Assembly (NCBI GenBank): GCA_963205185.1
Contig: CAUJHZ010000044.1
Span: forward strand, 23,640 to 87,639
Length of the DNA stretch: 64,000 nt
Reading direction: 5' to 3'
Source of the DNA: Planctomycetota bacterium
Lineage (GTDB): Bacteria > Planctomycetota > Phycisphaerae > Phycisphaerales > UBA5793
Positions 29,594 to 38,411 of the stretch are shown in pieces (position 1 is the first letter of the stretch; each line of letters opens with the position of its first letter). Both the position numbers and the translations under genes were made by a program. The notes beneath the pieces are model-generated. The model was not told the DNA's origin. It saw only the letters and a list, made by a program, of their open reading frames with translations, and made no database searches.

Positions 29594-30213
29594 GTCGCAT
29601 CCGCCGTTTCAAATGATGCAGTCTCGGGCGTCGGCGTCTCGGGCAGCGCCTGGGGCTCGTAGAGTTCGGCCTGCTCGATGGCTTCGCGCATCTTTCTGCG
29701 AGCGCGATGGAGATGGCTCTTGATCGTTCCCTCGGGCATGCTCAGGTAGAGCGAGATGTCGGCAATCGACCACTCCTGCTGGTGGAAGAGCAGCACGATC
29801 TCGCGCTGCGCATCGCCGAGGCTGGCCAGGCCGTGCGCCACGGCGCGGCGGGCGGTGGTGCGCGTCTCGACGCCGACGGCGTCGGCCACCGGCGAATCAT
29901 CATCGCTGCGCCATCCGTTCACAATCTCTGATTCGGCAATCGGGTGAAACTTCTGAACCCAGTTCACGTACAGCCGCTTGGCGATCGTGAACAACCAGGT
30001 CGAGAAGCGATACTTTGGGTCGAAGCGGTCGAGGTTCTTGAGCACGCGCACGAACGCTTCCTGCACGACGTCTTCGGCGACTTCGGGCCGGCCCGACATG
30101 CGCAGCATGAACGCGTAGAGCGACTCCTGGTGCGCGCGAATGAGCGAGCTGATGGCTTCGGCGTCACCGGTCTTGGCCCGTTTGATGAGTTGCTGCTCTT
30201 GAGCGCGTAGCAT
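29590..30213 (-). CDS. ECF-type RNA polymerase sigma-70 factor
   Basis: ..ESLYAFMLRMSGRPEVAEDVVQEAFVRVLKNLDRFDPKYRFSTWLFTIAKRLYVNW.. and ..LGDAQREIVLLFHQQEWSIADISLYLSMPEGTIKSHLHRARRKM. Confidence 0.88.
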   Translation of the reverse strand: MLRAQEQQLIKRAKTGDAEAISSLIRAHQESLYAFMLRMSGRPEVAEDVVQEAFVRVLKNLDRFDPKYRFSTWLFTIAKRLYVNWVQKFHPIAESEIVNGWRSDDDSPVADAVGVETRTTARRAVAHGLASLGDAQREIVLLFHQQEWSIADISLYLSMPEGTIKSHLHRARRKMREAIEQAELYEPQALPETPTPETASFETADAT

Positions 30214-30375
30214 GCCGAGCCTCTGAAAGGAGTCAACGATCCTGATACCGCAGCCTCGCGTGGACGTTGCGGTCCTCTTGAGGATACCCGATGACCGGGC
30301 GTCTGTGCAAGTGCAATCGCGGGTAAAACCGGTTGTCGCATGCCGTCAGTTGCACGGTCCGGTCGAATTTTCACC

Positions 30376-30861
30376 ATGCCCACCGACCCGCCACATCCCC
30401 GTTCGAGGCTGACCATCGAGGTTTCCGCATCGGGGTTGTTCCGCGGGATCAATCGGCGCCGACTGGCGGCGCAAACGCGGCAGATCACCCGGCTGTTGGG
30501 GCTGCGCTCGGGCGACCTGTCGATCCACCTGGCGGATGATGCGGAAATGGGCGGTCTGCACGAGCAGCACAAGGGCCTGGCCGGCTCGACGGATGTGCTG
30601 ACGTTTCACTTCAGCCAGACCGCAACGGATCCGAAGCACCTGGAAGCCGAGATCATCATCGGGGCCGAAGTCGCGCAGCGCGAGGCCCGGCGGCGCGGGC
30701 GGCAAGCCGGTGTCGAGGCGTTGCTCTACGTCGTCCACGGGCTGCTGCACTGCCTCGGCTATGACGATCATGAACCTGCCCAGGCCCGCAGAATGCACCG
30801 GCGCGAGGATGAACTTCTGTCAGCGATCGGGCTGGGCTCGGTGTTCCACGACGAGGCCTAA
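30376..30861 (+). CDS. ybeY: rRNA maturation endoribonuclease YbeY
   Basis: ..VVHGLLHCLGYDDHEP.. is the zinc-binding H..H.....H motif. ATG 30376 is preferred and ATG 30340 is the alternative. Confidence 0.88.
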   Translation: MPTDPPHPRSRLTIEVSASGLFRGINRRRLAAQTRQITRLLGLRSGDLSIHLADDAEMGGLHEQHKGLAGSTDVLTFHFSQTATDPKHLEAEIIIGAEVAQREARRRGRQAGVEALLYVVHGLLHCLGYDDHEPAQARRMHRREDELLSAIGLGSVFHDEA

Positions 30862-30983
30862 CGGATTGGCCGACGGCGACTATGATGCAGTGCCGGCGAC
30901 GCCCCGCCGTGGGTCGATGGGGCTTCGCCCGGACGCAGCGCGAGCCGATCACGCGGCCGCGCGGCCGGCCGATCGATTGACTC

Positions 30984-32294
30984 GTGAACGAGGTCCGCAC
31001 TTCGGTGTCCGATCCCTGGATATGGCTGGCGCTCGTCTCCGCCCTTGGAGGCGGGTATCTGTCCGCCCTGCAACTCTCGCTGGAAGACTTCACGCGCGGC
31101 GAACTCGAAAGCCGGCTTGGCAACGGGAAGAGCCAGGCCCGCGTCAACTGGCTCATGGAGCATCTGGATGATCTGATCCTGGCCGTCGCCATCTGGCGCC
31201 GTGCTTCGGCGGTCGCCCTGCTGGCGGCGGTGCTGGCCGCGTTCGCGCTGGGCAGCGCGCAGCCGACGTGGGCCATCCTCGGCTGGTCGTTTGCGGTGTT
31301 CATCTGGATCTGGCTGACGCACATCGGGCTCGCCTGGGCCATCTCGGATCACGTCGCCGCGCCGGTCGTGGCCGGCTCGCTGCGCGTGCTGCCGCTGCTT
31401 TATTTCCTGATGATCCCGCTCATCGCGCCGCTGAACTGGCTCAACGAAGTCGTGCGCCGGCTGGTGGGTGCGGAGATGCGCGATGACCTTGAAGATGAAT
31501 TGCGCCAGGTCATGGAAGAAGGCGAGCGCGAAGGACACATCAGCGGCGCCGAAAAGGAGATGATCGAAGCAATCGTCGATTTCCGCACGTGCACGGTTGG
31601 CGAGATCATGACGCCGCGCATCGACGTGGACGGCCTGGAACTGACCGACGACCTGCAGGCGGTCAAGCAGAAGGTGATCGACGACGGCCACTCGCGCTTC
31701 CCGGTGTACATCGACAGCCTCGATCACATCGTGGGCATTCTCTACGCCAAGGACCTGCTGCCGTTCGTCGGCGAAGACTCGGGGGACTTCCGCCTCAAGC
31801 CGCTGCTGCGGCAGGCGATCCTCGTGCCCGAGTCGCGGCGCATCAGCGATCTGCTCGTCGAGTTCCGCAATCAGCAGGTGCACATGGCGATCGTGCTCGA
31901 CGAGTACGGCGGCACGGCGGGGCTCGTCACCATCGAGGACATCGTCGAAGAAATCGTCGGCGAGATCCGCGATGAACACGATGTGGATGATCTCCCCGAA
32001 CCCGAGGTCACGACCAACGGCGACGGGACCGCCGACGTGGACGGCCGCGTGCGCGTGAGCGATCTCAACGACGAACTCTCGTTGAATCTCCCCGAGGATG
32101 AAGACTACGACACCGTGGCGGGGTGGGTGTTTGCTAATCTCGGCCGCATCCCGGCCGAGGGGGAAGTGTTCCGCATCGGCTCGATCGAAGTGACGGTGCT
32201 CGACGTGGAGCGGACGAGGCTGCGGCGCATCCGTCTGAGGGTGCTTCGGGATGAAGAGTCGCCGGTGGCGGCGGATACGGGTGGGGCGAAATGA
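30984..32294 (+). CDS. HlyC/CorC-family transporter (DUF21, CBS pair and CorC_HlyC domains)
   Basis: N-terminal TM helices, then ..VGEIMTPRIDV..HSRFPVY..IVGILYAKDLL..QVHMAIVLDEYGGTAGLVTIEDIVEEIVGEIRDEHD. It starts at GTG 30984. Confidence 0.9.
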   Translation: MNEVRTSVSDPWIWLALVSALGGGYLSALQLSLEDFTRGELESRLGNGKSQARVNWLMEHLDDLILAVAIWRRASAVALLAAVLAAFALGSAQPTWAILGWSFAVFIWIWLTHIGLAWAISDHVAAPVVAGSLRVLPLLYFLMIPLIAPLNWLNEVVRRLVGAEMRDDLEDELRQVMEEGEREGHISGAEKEMIEAIVDFRTCTVGEIMTPRIDVDGLELTDDLQAVKQKVIDDGHSRFPVYIDSLDHIVGILYAKDLLPFVGEDSGDFRLKPLLRQAILVPESRRISDLLVEFRNQQVHMAIVLDEYGGTAGLVTIEDIVEEIVGEIRDEHDVDDLPEPEVTTNGDGTADVDGRVRVSDLNDELSLNLPEDEDYDTVAGWVFANLGRIPAEGEVFRIGSIEVTVLDVERTRLRRIRLRVLRDEESPVAADTGGAK

Positions 32295-32547
32295 GTGCAG
32301 CGACGGTCAATCGCCCCGACGCGCCGATCCCGGAACGGCGTCGGCGAGAGGCGAGAGACTGAATCGCATCCACCGATCAGGGTGGTTTCCTCTACCCGGC
32401 ACACCGCAGTTCGGGTATGCTCAGTCCTGGAGCGTGCGCATCGCTCTGGCCTCCGCGACGACTCACCGATGCGCCATTCTCTTCTGTTTCGGCCGTTGCG
32501 TCGCCCTGTCCTGTCCCCATCGCTGATGCTCGAATGGAGAGTGAACT

Positions 32548-33237
32548 GTGACCACGCGCCGCCGCACCCGCATCGTCAGATCATGTGCTGTCGTACTGTG
32601 CATCGCCCTTTCATCGCTGAGCGCTCACGCTCAGATTTCCGGGAGCGCGCATGACTTCTCCGGCAAGGGCTGGGCCGATGCGCAGATCTGCAAGCCCTGT
32701 CATACTCCGCACAACGCCTTGCGGGTCGAAGTGAACGGCTACTTGGCCGGTCGCCTCTGGAACCATTCTCTTTCCGCCTCGAGCCAGGTTTATTCAACTC
32801 TGGCCGGAGACCTGACGCGGGATGATGCGCTAGACGTATACAGTCTGCTGTGCATGGGCTGCCACGACGGCACGGTGGCGCTGGATTCCTATGGCGGGCG
32901 TGCGGGCTCCATGTTTGTTGGAATTAACAACGTCGCGGCGCCGGACCCCATTGGCGGACTTATCGGCATCGACTTGACGGATGACCATCCCGTCGGCGCC
33001 GGAGGCGTCTGGCCCGATCCTGAAGTCACCTATCTCCGACCCCGCAGCACCTGGGAGAATCAGACTTTCGGGGGCTCGCGCATGGGTGGGCTTCGACCGA
33101 TGTCGATAAATGGCGAGGAACGGCTGGTCGTGAGTTGCGCCACCTGCCATGAGCCGCACGGCCGCGGAAACTACCAGGGCATGCTTCGAATCGACAATGC
33201 AGGCAGCCAGATGTGCCTCGTATGTCACGTGAAATAG
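32548..33237 (+). CDS. Secreted tetraheme c-type cytochrome
   Basis: A signal peptide (..VVLCIALSSLSAHAQ) and four CxxCH motifs: CKPCH, CMGCH, CATCH and CLVCH. Confidence 0.85.
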   Translation: MTTRRRTRIVRSCAVVLCIALSSLSAHAQISGSAHDFSGKGWADAQICKPCHTPHNALRVEVNGYLAGRLWNHSLSASSQVYSTLAGDLTRDDALDVYSLLCMGCHDGTVALDSYGGRAGSMFVGINNVAAPDPIGGLIGIDLTDDHPVGAGGVWPDPEVTYLRPRSTWENQTFGGSRMGGLRPMSINGEERLVVSCATCHEPHGRGNYQGMLRIDNAGSQMCLVCHVK

Positions 33238-33486
33238 CCCTCCGGTAGGCGCGCTCGCACGAGCCGGCCCGAGCATGCAGATGTTGAATCTGTACCGAGG
33301 ATCGTTTTTCACCCTGCGCCAACAGGAGGCGCCGAAGCGAAACACGCACCAGAGCAGCCTCCCCAGGCGCAGGCAGCGTGGATGTCACCCTCCTCCGAAC
33401 TGTGCAGATTCTCCTCCAAGTGCCGCTTTTCTCGTTGTGTCGCCCGCGAAATGGTGGTAATCTGACAGCGTTCGAATGGAAGATCG

Positions 33487-33687
33487 ATGACGCGAACCTG
33501 TTCACCGATCTGCGCGGCGACATTGAGGAGGACCCGCGCCGGCACCGCCACCGCCAATGCAAACGGCATCGCCACGCTCACGCGCTTGATCCCCGGCAAC
33601 GCCTCCAACCTCGGCGAGGTGCTCATCCAAGCCGTCGATGCCGACAACTGCCAGATCAGCCAACTTGTCGTGCATCAGTTCGAATGA
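33487..33687 (+). pseudogene. Orphan fragment of the type-A C-terminal domain
   Basis: The translation ends ..ANANGIATLTRLIPGNASNLGEVLIQAVDADNCQISQLVVHQFE. This parallels ..ADANGVASITRPVPLVARGQTILFQAVVQNECAISQLVVWEFE in the HAF proteins. There is an in-frame stop 24 nt upstream and no signal peptide or N-terminal domain. Confidence 0.45.
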
Positions 33688-33731
33688 AGTCGAGAGACGG
33701 TTCTGGCGCCGTGACTCGTTTCCGATTGGAC

Positions 33732-35093
33732 TCAGACGACGCCCTGTTCGAGCATGGCGCGGCCGACCTTGAGCAGCGCCGCCACATTCGCGCCGAGCAT
33801 GTAATTGCCTGGCTGGCCGTATTCGGCGGCGGTGCGGGCGCAGGCGGCGTGGATGTCGTGCATGATGCGGCGCAGTTCCTGATCGATGGTTTCGCGCGAC
33901 CAGGCCTGGCGCTGGCTGTTCTGGGCCATCTCAAGGCCCGAGGTGGCGACTCCGCCTGCGTTTGACGCCTTCGCCGGGGCGAGCAGCACGCCATGGTCCA
34001 GGAGATGGGCAACGCCTTCGTTGACGATGGGCATGTTTGAGCCTTCGCCGATGAACTTCACGCCGTTTTTCACGAGACGCTTGGCGTCTTCGAAACTGAT
34101 TTCGTTCTGCGTGGCGCAGGGGAAGGCGCCGTCGGCCTTGATCGACCAGAGCGGATTGGTCTTGCCGTTCACGGCGGTGAACGTCGCGCCGCGGAAATGC
34201 TCGGCGTACTGGGAGATGCGGCCGCGGCGGACGTTCTTGAGTTCAAGGATCCACTCGAGCTTCTCGGCGTTGATTCCTTCGGGATCGTGAATGAAGCCGC
34301 CTGAGTCGGACATGGCCACGACCCTGGCGTGTTCGTGGATGAGCTTCTGCACGGCGTACTGCGCGACGTTGCCGGACCCGGAGACGATGCAGGTCTTGCC
34401 CGCCAGCGAGTCGCCTTTGGTCGCGAGCATTTCGTGCGCGAAGTAGACGAGGCCGTAGCCCGTGGCTTCGGTCCGGATTTCGCTGCCGCCCCAGAGCAGG
34501 CCCTTGCCGGTAAGCGCGCCGGTGAACTCGTTGCGCAGCCGCTTGTACTGGCCGAACATGTAGCCGATCTCGCGGGCGCCCACGCCGATGTCACCGGCGG
34601 GCACATCGGTCGATTCGCCGATGTGGCGCGCCAGTTCAGTCATGAAACTCTGGCAGAAGCGCATGACTTCGTTGTCGCTCTTGCCCTTGGGGTCGAAGTC
34701 GGAGCCGCCCTTGCCGCCGCCGAGACTCAGGCCGGTGAGCGCGTTTTTGAAGATCTGCTCGAAGCCGAGGAACTTGAGAATGCTCTGGTTGACGCTCGGG
34801 TGGAAGCGCAGGCCGCCCTTGTACGGGCCCAGGGCGCTGTTGAATTCGACGCGGTAGCCGCGGTTCACCTGCACCCGATTGCGATCGTCGAGCCAGGGCA
34901 CGCGAAACGAGATGATGCGCTCGGGTTCGAGCAGGCGCTCGAGTATGCGGCCCTGCTCGAATTCGGGATGGCGCTTGATCGCGGGTCCGATGGTCTCGAA
35001 GACCTCGTCCACCGCCTGCAGGAACTCCGGCTCGGTGGGGTTTCGGCGATGCGCCTCTTCAAGCGCGCGGGCGACATAGGCATGTTCGGCCAT
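33732..35093 (-). CDS. gdhA: NADP-specific glutamate dehydrogenase
   Basis: ..RVPWLDDRNRVQVNRGYRVEFNSALGPYKGGLRFHP..FKNALTGLSLGGGKGGSDFDPKG... ATG 35093 is preceded by AAGGAG. Confidence 0.95.
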   Translation of the reverse strand: MAEHAYVARALEEAHRRNPTEPEFLQAVDEVFETIGPAIKRHPEFEQGRILERLLEPERIISFRVPWLDDRNRVQVNRGYRVEFNSALGPYKGGLRFHPSVNQSILKFLGFEQIFKNALTGLSLGGGKGGSDFDPKGKSDNEVMRFCQSFMTELARHIGESTDVPAGDIGVGAREIGYMFGQYKRLRNEFTGALTGKGLLWGGSEIRTEATGYGLVYFAHEMLATKGDSLAGKTCIVSGSGNVAQYAVQKLIHEHARVVAMSDSGGFIHDPEGINAEKLEWILELKNVRRGRISQYAEHFRGATFTAVNGKTNPLWSIKADGAFPCATQNEISFEDAKRLVKNGVKFIGEGSNMPIVNEGVAHLLDHGVLLAPAKASNAGGVATSGLEMAQNSQRQAWSRETIDQELRRIMHDIHAACARTAAEYGQPGNYMLGANVAALLKVGRAMLEQGVV

Positions 35094-35224
35094 GTTCACT
35101 CCTTCTCGAGGTTCAGCTCGCCAGGCGCCACCCATGTCGGGCGGGAAAGGCGAGTATACGGGAAAAACCTGAGAGGAGGCAAAGTCCCCGGTCTTGTTGG
35201 AGCGGCGGCTGGCAGGCTCTCGAG

Positions 35225-35257
35225 AAAAAAAGACCTCACCTCCGCGGGGAGGTGAGG
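35225..35257 (-). terminator. Rho-independent terminator of 35302..36282
   Basis: On the minus strand: cctcacctcc-ccgc-ggaggtgagg (10-bp stem) followed by tcttttttt. Confidence 0.75.
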
Positions 35258-35301
35258 CCCTTGATCTCAGGAGATCAGATGATCACTAGCAGTTGGACTG
35301 C

Positions 35302-36282
35302 TTACGGAATCTGTCCGACGGTGCTGGCCTCGCAGGGGCTGGCGATGGTGACCAGCTGGAGGTAGCCGCCGCACGCGGCGTTGTTGGCATTGCCATTCAC
35401 GCTGCCCGTGCCGCTGCCGGTGGGAACCGTATTGACCAGGCGGATGTTCTGGGTGCCCAGGCCGAGTTGCGTGCCCTGGCAGGGACCGCTGGGAACGACG
35501 AACGAACCGGTGTTGCCGGCAAAGACGATGCCCTGCTGCTTGTTGGGCTGGGCGCCATCCCAGGCGACGTTGACGGTGCCGGGGCAGGTGCCGGTGACGG
35601 TGCAGGTGTATCCGCCGCCGCCCTGGCCGAGGCCGGTGAGCGACATGTCGTCGTAGTAGGTGGAGGTGCCGAGGGTGTAGAGATCGACGTTGGCGATCTC
35701 AATGGCGCCGCCGCGAATGAAGAGCTGACCCGTTGACACTTCGACGTTGTTGTAGTACGTCGTGATGGTGTCGTTGTCGACGTCGAGTTCGCAGCGGATT
35801 TCCGCCCACTGATCAAACGCGATGGACGGGAAGTTGGTCTCGGTGCGGAAGTCGTCGGCCACAGTGCCGGGGCCGCCGCCTGCGTCGCCTTCGAAGTCAA
35901 ACTGCAGTTCGATGCACCACTGGTAGGGGCCGCCGTGGGCATATTCGTTCTGCACGATGAAGTAGGTGTCAGAGACGAACTGGGAGACGGGGATGTAGAC
36001 CCACGCCGTGAAGGTGCCGGCGCCGGAGGTCAGGCCCGTGAAGGGATGGACGGCGTCGTCGGCGCCTTCGCTCAGGATCGATTTGGTGCCGCCGTGCGCA
36101 TGCGCAGTGCTGCACGAGCCGCAGACAGACTGAGTGTCATCCCAGCCGGTCCAGCCGCCCACGTTGTACAGCACCTGTCCGTCGGTGTAGGACTCGAAGT
36201 CATCGCTCCAGTCCTGCGCGAAGGCAGCGCTGCCCAGGGACATCGCCGCGGCGAGCCCGAATCCGGTGAGTTTGCTCTTCAT
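35302..36282 (-). CDS. Secreted protein: LamG/jelly-roll-like N-terminal domain plus a type-B conserved C-terminal domain
   Basis: Signal MKSKLTGFGLAAAMSLGSAAFAQ, then DWSDDFESYTDGQ.. The C-terminus is ..CPGTVNVAWDGAQPNKQQGIVFAGNTGS..PCQGTQLGLGTQ..ACGGYLQLVTIASPCEASTVGQIP. AAAGGAG precedes the ATG. Confidence 0.8.
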   Translation of the reverse strand: MKSKLTGFGLAAAMSLGSAAFAQDWSDDFESYTDGQVLYNVGGWTGWDDTQSVCGSCSTAHAHGGTKSILSEGADDAVHPFTGLTSGAGTFTAWVYIPVSQFVSDTYFIVQNEYAHGGPYQWCIELQFDFEGDAGGGPGTVADDFRTETNFPSIAFDQWAEIRCELDVDNDTITTYYNNVEVSTGQLFIRGGAIEIANVDLYTLGTSTYYDDMSLTGLGQGGGGYTCTVTGTCPGTVNVAWDGAQPNKQQGIVFAGNTGSFVVPSGPCQGTQLGLGTQNIRLVNTVPTGSGTGSVNGNANNAACGGYLQLVTIASPCEASTVGQIP

Positions 36283-36695
36283 AAAATCCGCTCCTTTTCA
36301 AATGGGACAGAACACTTTGAGGCGTCCAGCCAACTCCGGCTGGAATCGCCCCGCGATTGATGCCGCCCGCCGAACTGACGAGCAAAAAGCACCGCCGCCA
36401 TCCCGAACTCCCGCAGGATGGTGGATTTCACTTCTCGAAACGGAACTTTGCTCCGACCCCCGTGCGGAACCCCTCTCCGTCCTGCAATCAAGATACCCGA
36501 TTCCCACCGGAAAGCGAAGCGCAATTCCTGAAAACACAAGAAGATCAGGGCAGAATTCCGGTTTTCCGGCTTCAGCGGGCCCGACGGGCGGGGCGGACAA
36601 GGCCATTGACCGCCCACTTCGGAGTAGGTTCGCAATCTGTATGGTGTGAAGATAGCAAGGTTAAGCCTTTTTCATTGGAAAAAAAACATTCTGCC

Positions 36696-36711
36696 TGGCT
36701 AACGCGTTGCA
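36696..36711 (+). promoter_or_regulatory. Sigma-54-like -24/-12 element (speculative)
   Basis: TGGCTAACGCGTTGCA has the GG and GC dinucleotides at the canonical spacing of TGGCAC-N5-TTGCA. It lies about 420 nt upstream of the 37132 start, which is an unusually long leader. Confidence 0.2.
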
Positions 36712-37131
36712 TCTGGCGCTTTTCCCTGTACACTGTAACGGAGAATGATCGGTATCCTGCGGGTGCCGGTCTGATGCCGCCGTACGCGGCGGACTCAACT
36801 GCGAACGGGCAGTTTGACGGGCTGGTGAGTGGACGATTCGAAACAGGGTCGTCAGCGAATCTCCGGCTCCGCTGAGTGGGATGAGAGTGGTGATTGAGGA
36901 TTGAGAGAGAAAAGGAGAGGGGGAGCAGAGGAGCAATCGCGTCGCTTCTGACGCGGCACCGACTCTGGCGCTGAGCCGCGGGCTTGCGCGGAGTTCGCAG
37001 ACGGTTGCTTCTTCCGGCGTGCCCGGCCCCCACGCTTCGACTGATGTAGTACACCGCACGGTTTCAAACTCGGGACGGCGCGTTGCCGTCTGTGAGTCGT
37101 TTGTGTTCTTTCCTAACGGAGAAAAGAAGAA

Positions 37132-38130
37132 ATGGCAAAGTCAACGAAGTTCTTCCTTGGTGCAGCAGCGATGGCCCTCTCGGCTTCCGCTGCGGCAAAC
37201 GCTCAGATCGCTTCGGTCGCCCCGTCGACCAGCGGTCAGAACAGCATCATCGCTCAGGATGAGTACATGTGGGACGACGGCAGCACCGAGAACCTTCTCG
37301 GCTGGACGGCCGGCGGCACCATGGCCTGGATTCAGTGGTTCGACGCCGCCGGCGGCAGCGACACCATCAGCGAAATCCGCATCATCAACGGCTCGGCGCT
37401 GTATCCGGGTTACGGCAACGGCAACGGTTCGCCCGTTTCCGTCGGCATCTGGAGCGATCCCAACGGCGACGGCGAGCCCAGTGACTCCGTCCTGCTCACC
37501 AGCGTAAACACCACCGTCCAGAACATCGACACGGACACCTACCAGACCGTCGCCATCCCCGGCGGCCAGGCGGTGAATGGTCGGTTCTTCATCGGTGCCT
37601 GGATTGCCCACAACGCCGGTCAGTTCGTCGCTCCGATGGACCAGAACTCGGGCAACATCATCGCCGGTCGCGCCTACGTGTTCGGCAACTACAACGGCTA
37701 CGGCGGTTCGTTCAATCCCAACATGCCCGGCGACACGCTCAACAACATCCTCTATGAGATGACGAGCATCGGCTTCCCGACCAACTTCTGCGTCCGCGCT
37801 TCCAGCGGCGGCGGCGGCGGCTACAGCCTCACCGTCAGCGGCAACTGCCCCGGCACCGTCAACGTCGCCTGGGCCGGCGCTCAGCCCAACAAGCAGCAGG
37901 GCATCGTCTTCGCCGCCAACACCGGCAGCTACACGATCCCCGGCGGCCCCTGCGCCGGCACGCAGCTCGGTCTGGGCACCCAGCAGCTCCGCCTCGTCAA
38001 CACGGTTCCCACCGGCAACGGTTCGGGCAACGTGAACGGCAACGCGAGCAGCGGCGCTTGCGGTGGCTACCTCCAGCTGGTCACCATTTCGAGCCCCTGC
38101 GAAACCAGCAACGTGGATCAGATCCCGTAA
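37132..38130 (+). CDS. Secreted protein: beta-sandwich N-terminal domain plus a type-B conserved C-terminal domain
   Basis: Signal MAKSTKFFLGAAAMALSASAAANAQ. The N-terminal domain has ..DEYMWDDGSTENLLGW..GIWSDPNGDGEPSD.. The C-terminus is ..CPGTVNVAWAGAQPNKQQGIVFAANTGS..PCAGTQLGLGTQ..ACGGYLQLVTISSPCETSNVDQIP. GGAG precedes the ATG. Confidence 0.8.
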   Translation: MAKSTKFFLGAAAMALSASAAANAQIASVAPSTSGQNSIIAQDEYMWDDGSTENLLGWTAGGTMAWIQWFDAAGGSDTISEIRIINGSALYPGYGNGNGSPVSVGIWSDPNGDGEPSDSVLLTSVNTTVQNIDTDTYQTVAIPGGQAVNGRFFIGAWIAHNAGQFVAPMDQNSGNIIAGRAYVFGNYNGYGGSFNPNMPGDTLNNILYEMTSIGFPTNFCVRASSGGGGGYSLTVSGNCPGTVNVAWAGAQPNKQQGIVFAANTGSYTIPGGPCAGTQLGLGTQQLRLVNTVPTGNGSGNVNGNASSGACGGYLQLVTISSPCETSNVDQIP

Positions 38131-38177
38131 TCCGGTTTCCCGGATCGCTTGAAATCGATCTCTCCTGAGATCACCCG

Positions 38178-38209
38178 CCTCACCCCCGCAAGGGGGTGAG
38201 GTTCTTTTT
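38178..38209 (+). terminator. Rho-independent terminator of 37132..38130
   Basis: cctcaccccc-gcaa-gggggtgagg (10-bp stem) followed by ttcttttt. It closely resembles the terminator at 35225..35257. Confidence 0.8.
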
Positions 38210-38411
38210 CTGGCCGCTGAGTTGAAAAAACGCTCTGCGCCTTGGCATTTGATTGCCCGGGCGGGCGTTCTTCTGCGAGTGCAATGGTGCAGCCGGATGT
38301 TCTCGCCCGTCGCAGCGCTCTTCACCATGCCGCTTCCTGCGTTGTGCAGGATCGCAGCCCAGTTCCATCCCCCGGCGCAACAGCACCTCGGAATCGAGGA
38401 AGGAGTTGAAC

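Noticed and set aside
36673-36690. A mini-ORF, atg ttt ttt ttc caa tga (MFFFQ), on the minus strand as a Phe attenuation leader peptide
   Set aside because: It is created by an A8 run. It lies about 400 nt from the downstream gene, which is unrelated to Phe metabolism. There is no adjacent terminator/antiterminator pair.
38242-38257. A second sigma-54-like box, ttggcatttgattgcc, upstream of 38412
   Set aside because: The GG-to-GC spacing is one nucleotide shorter than the strict -24/-12 spacing.
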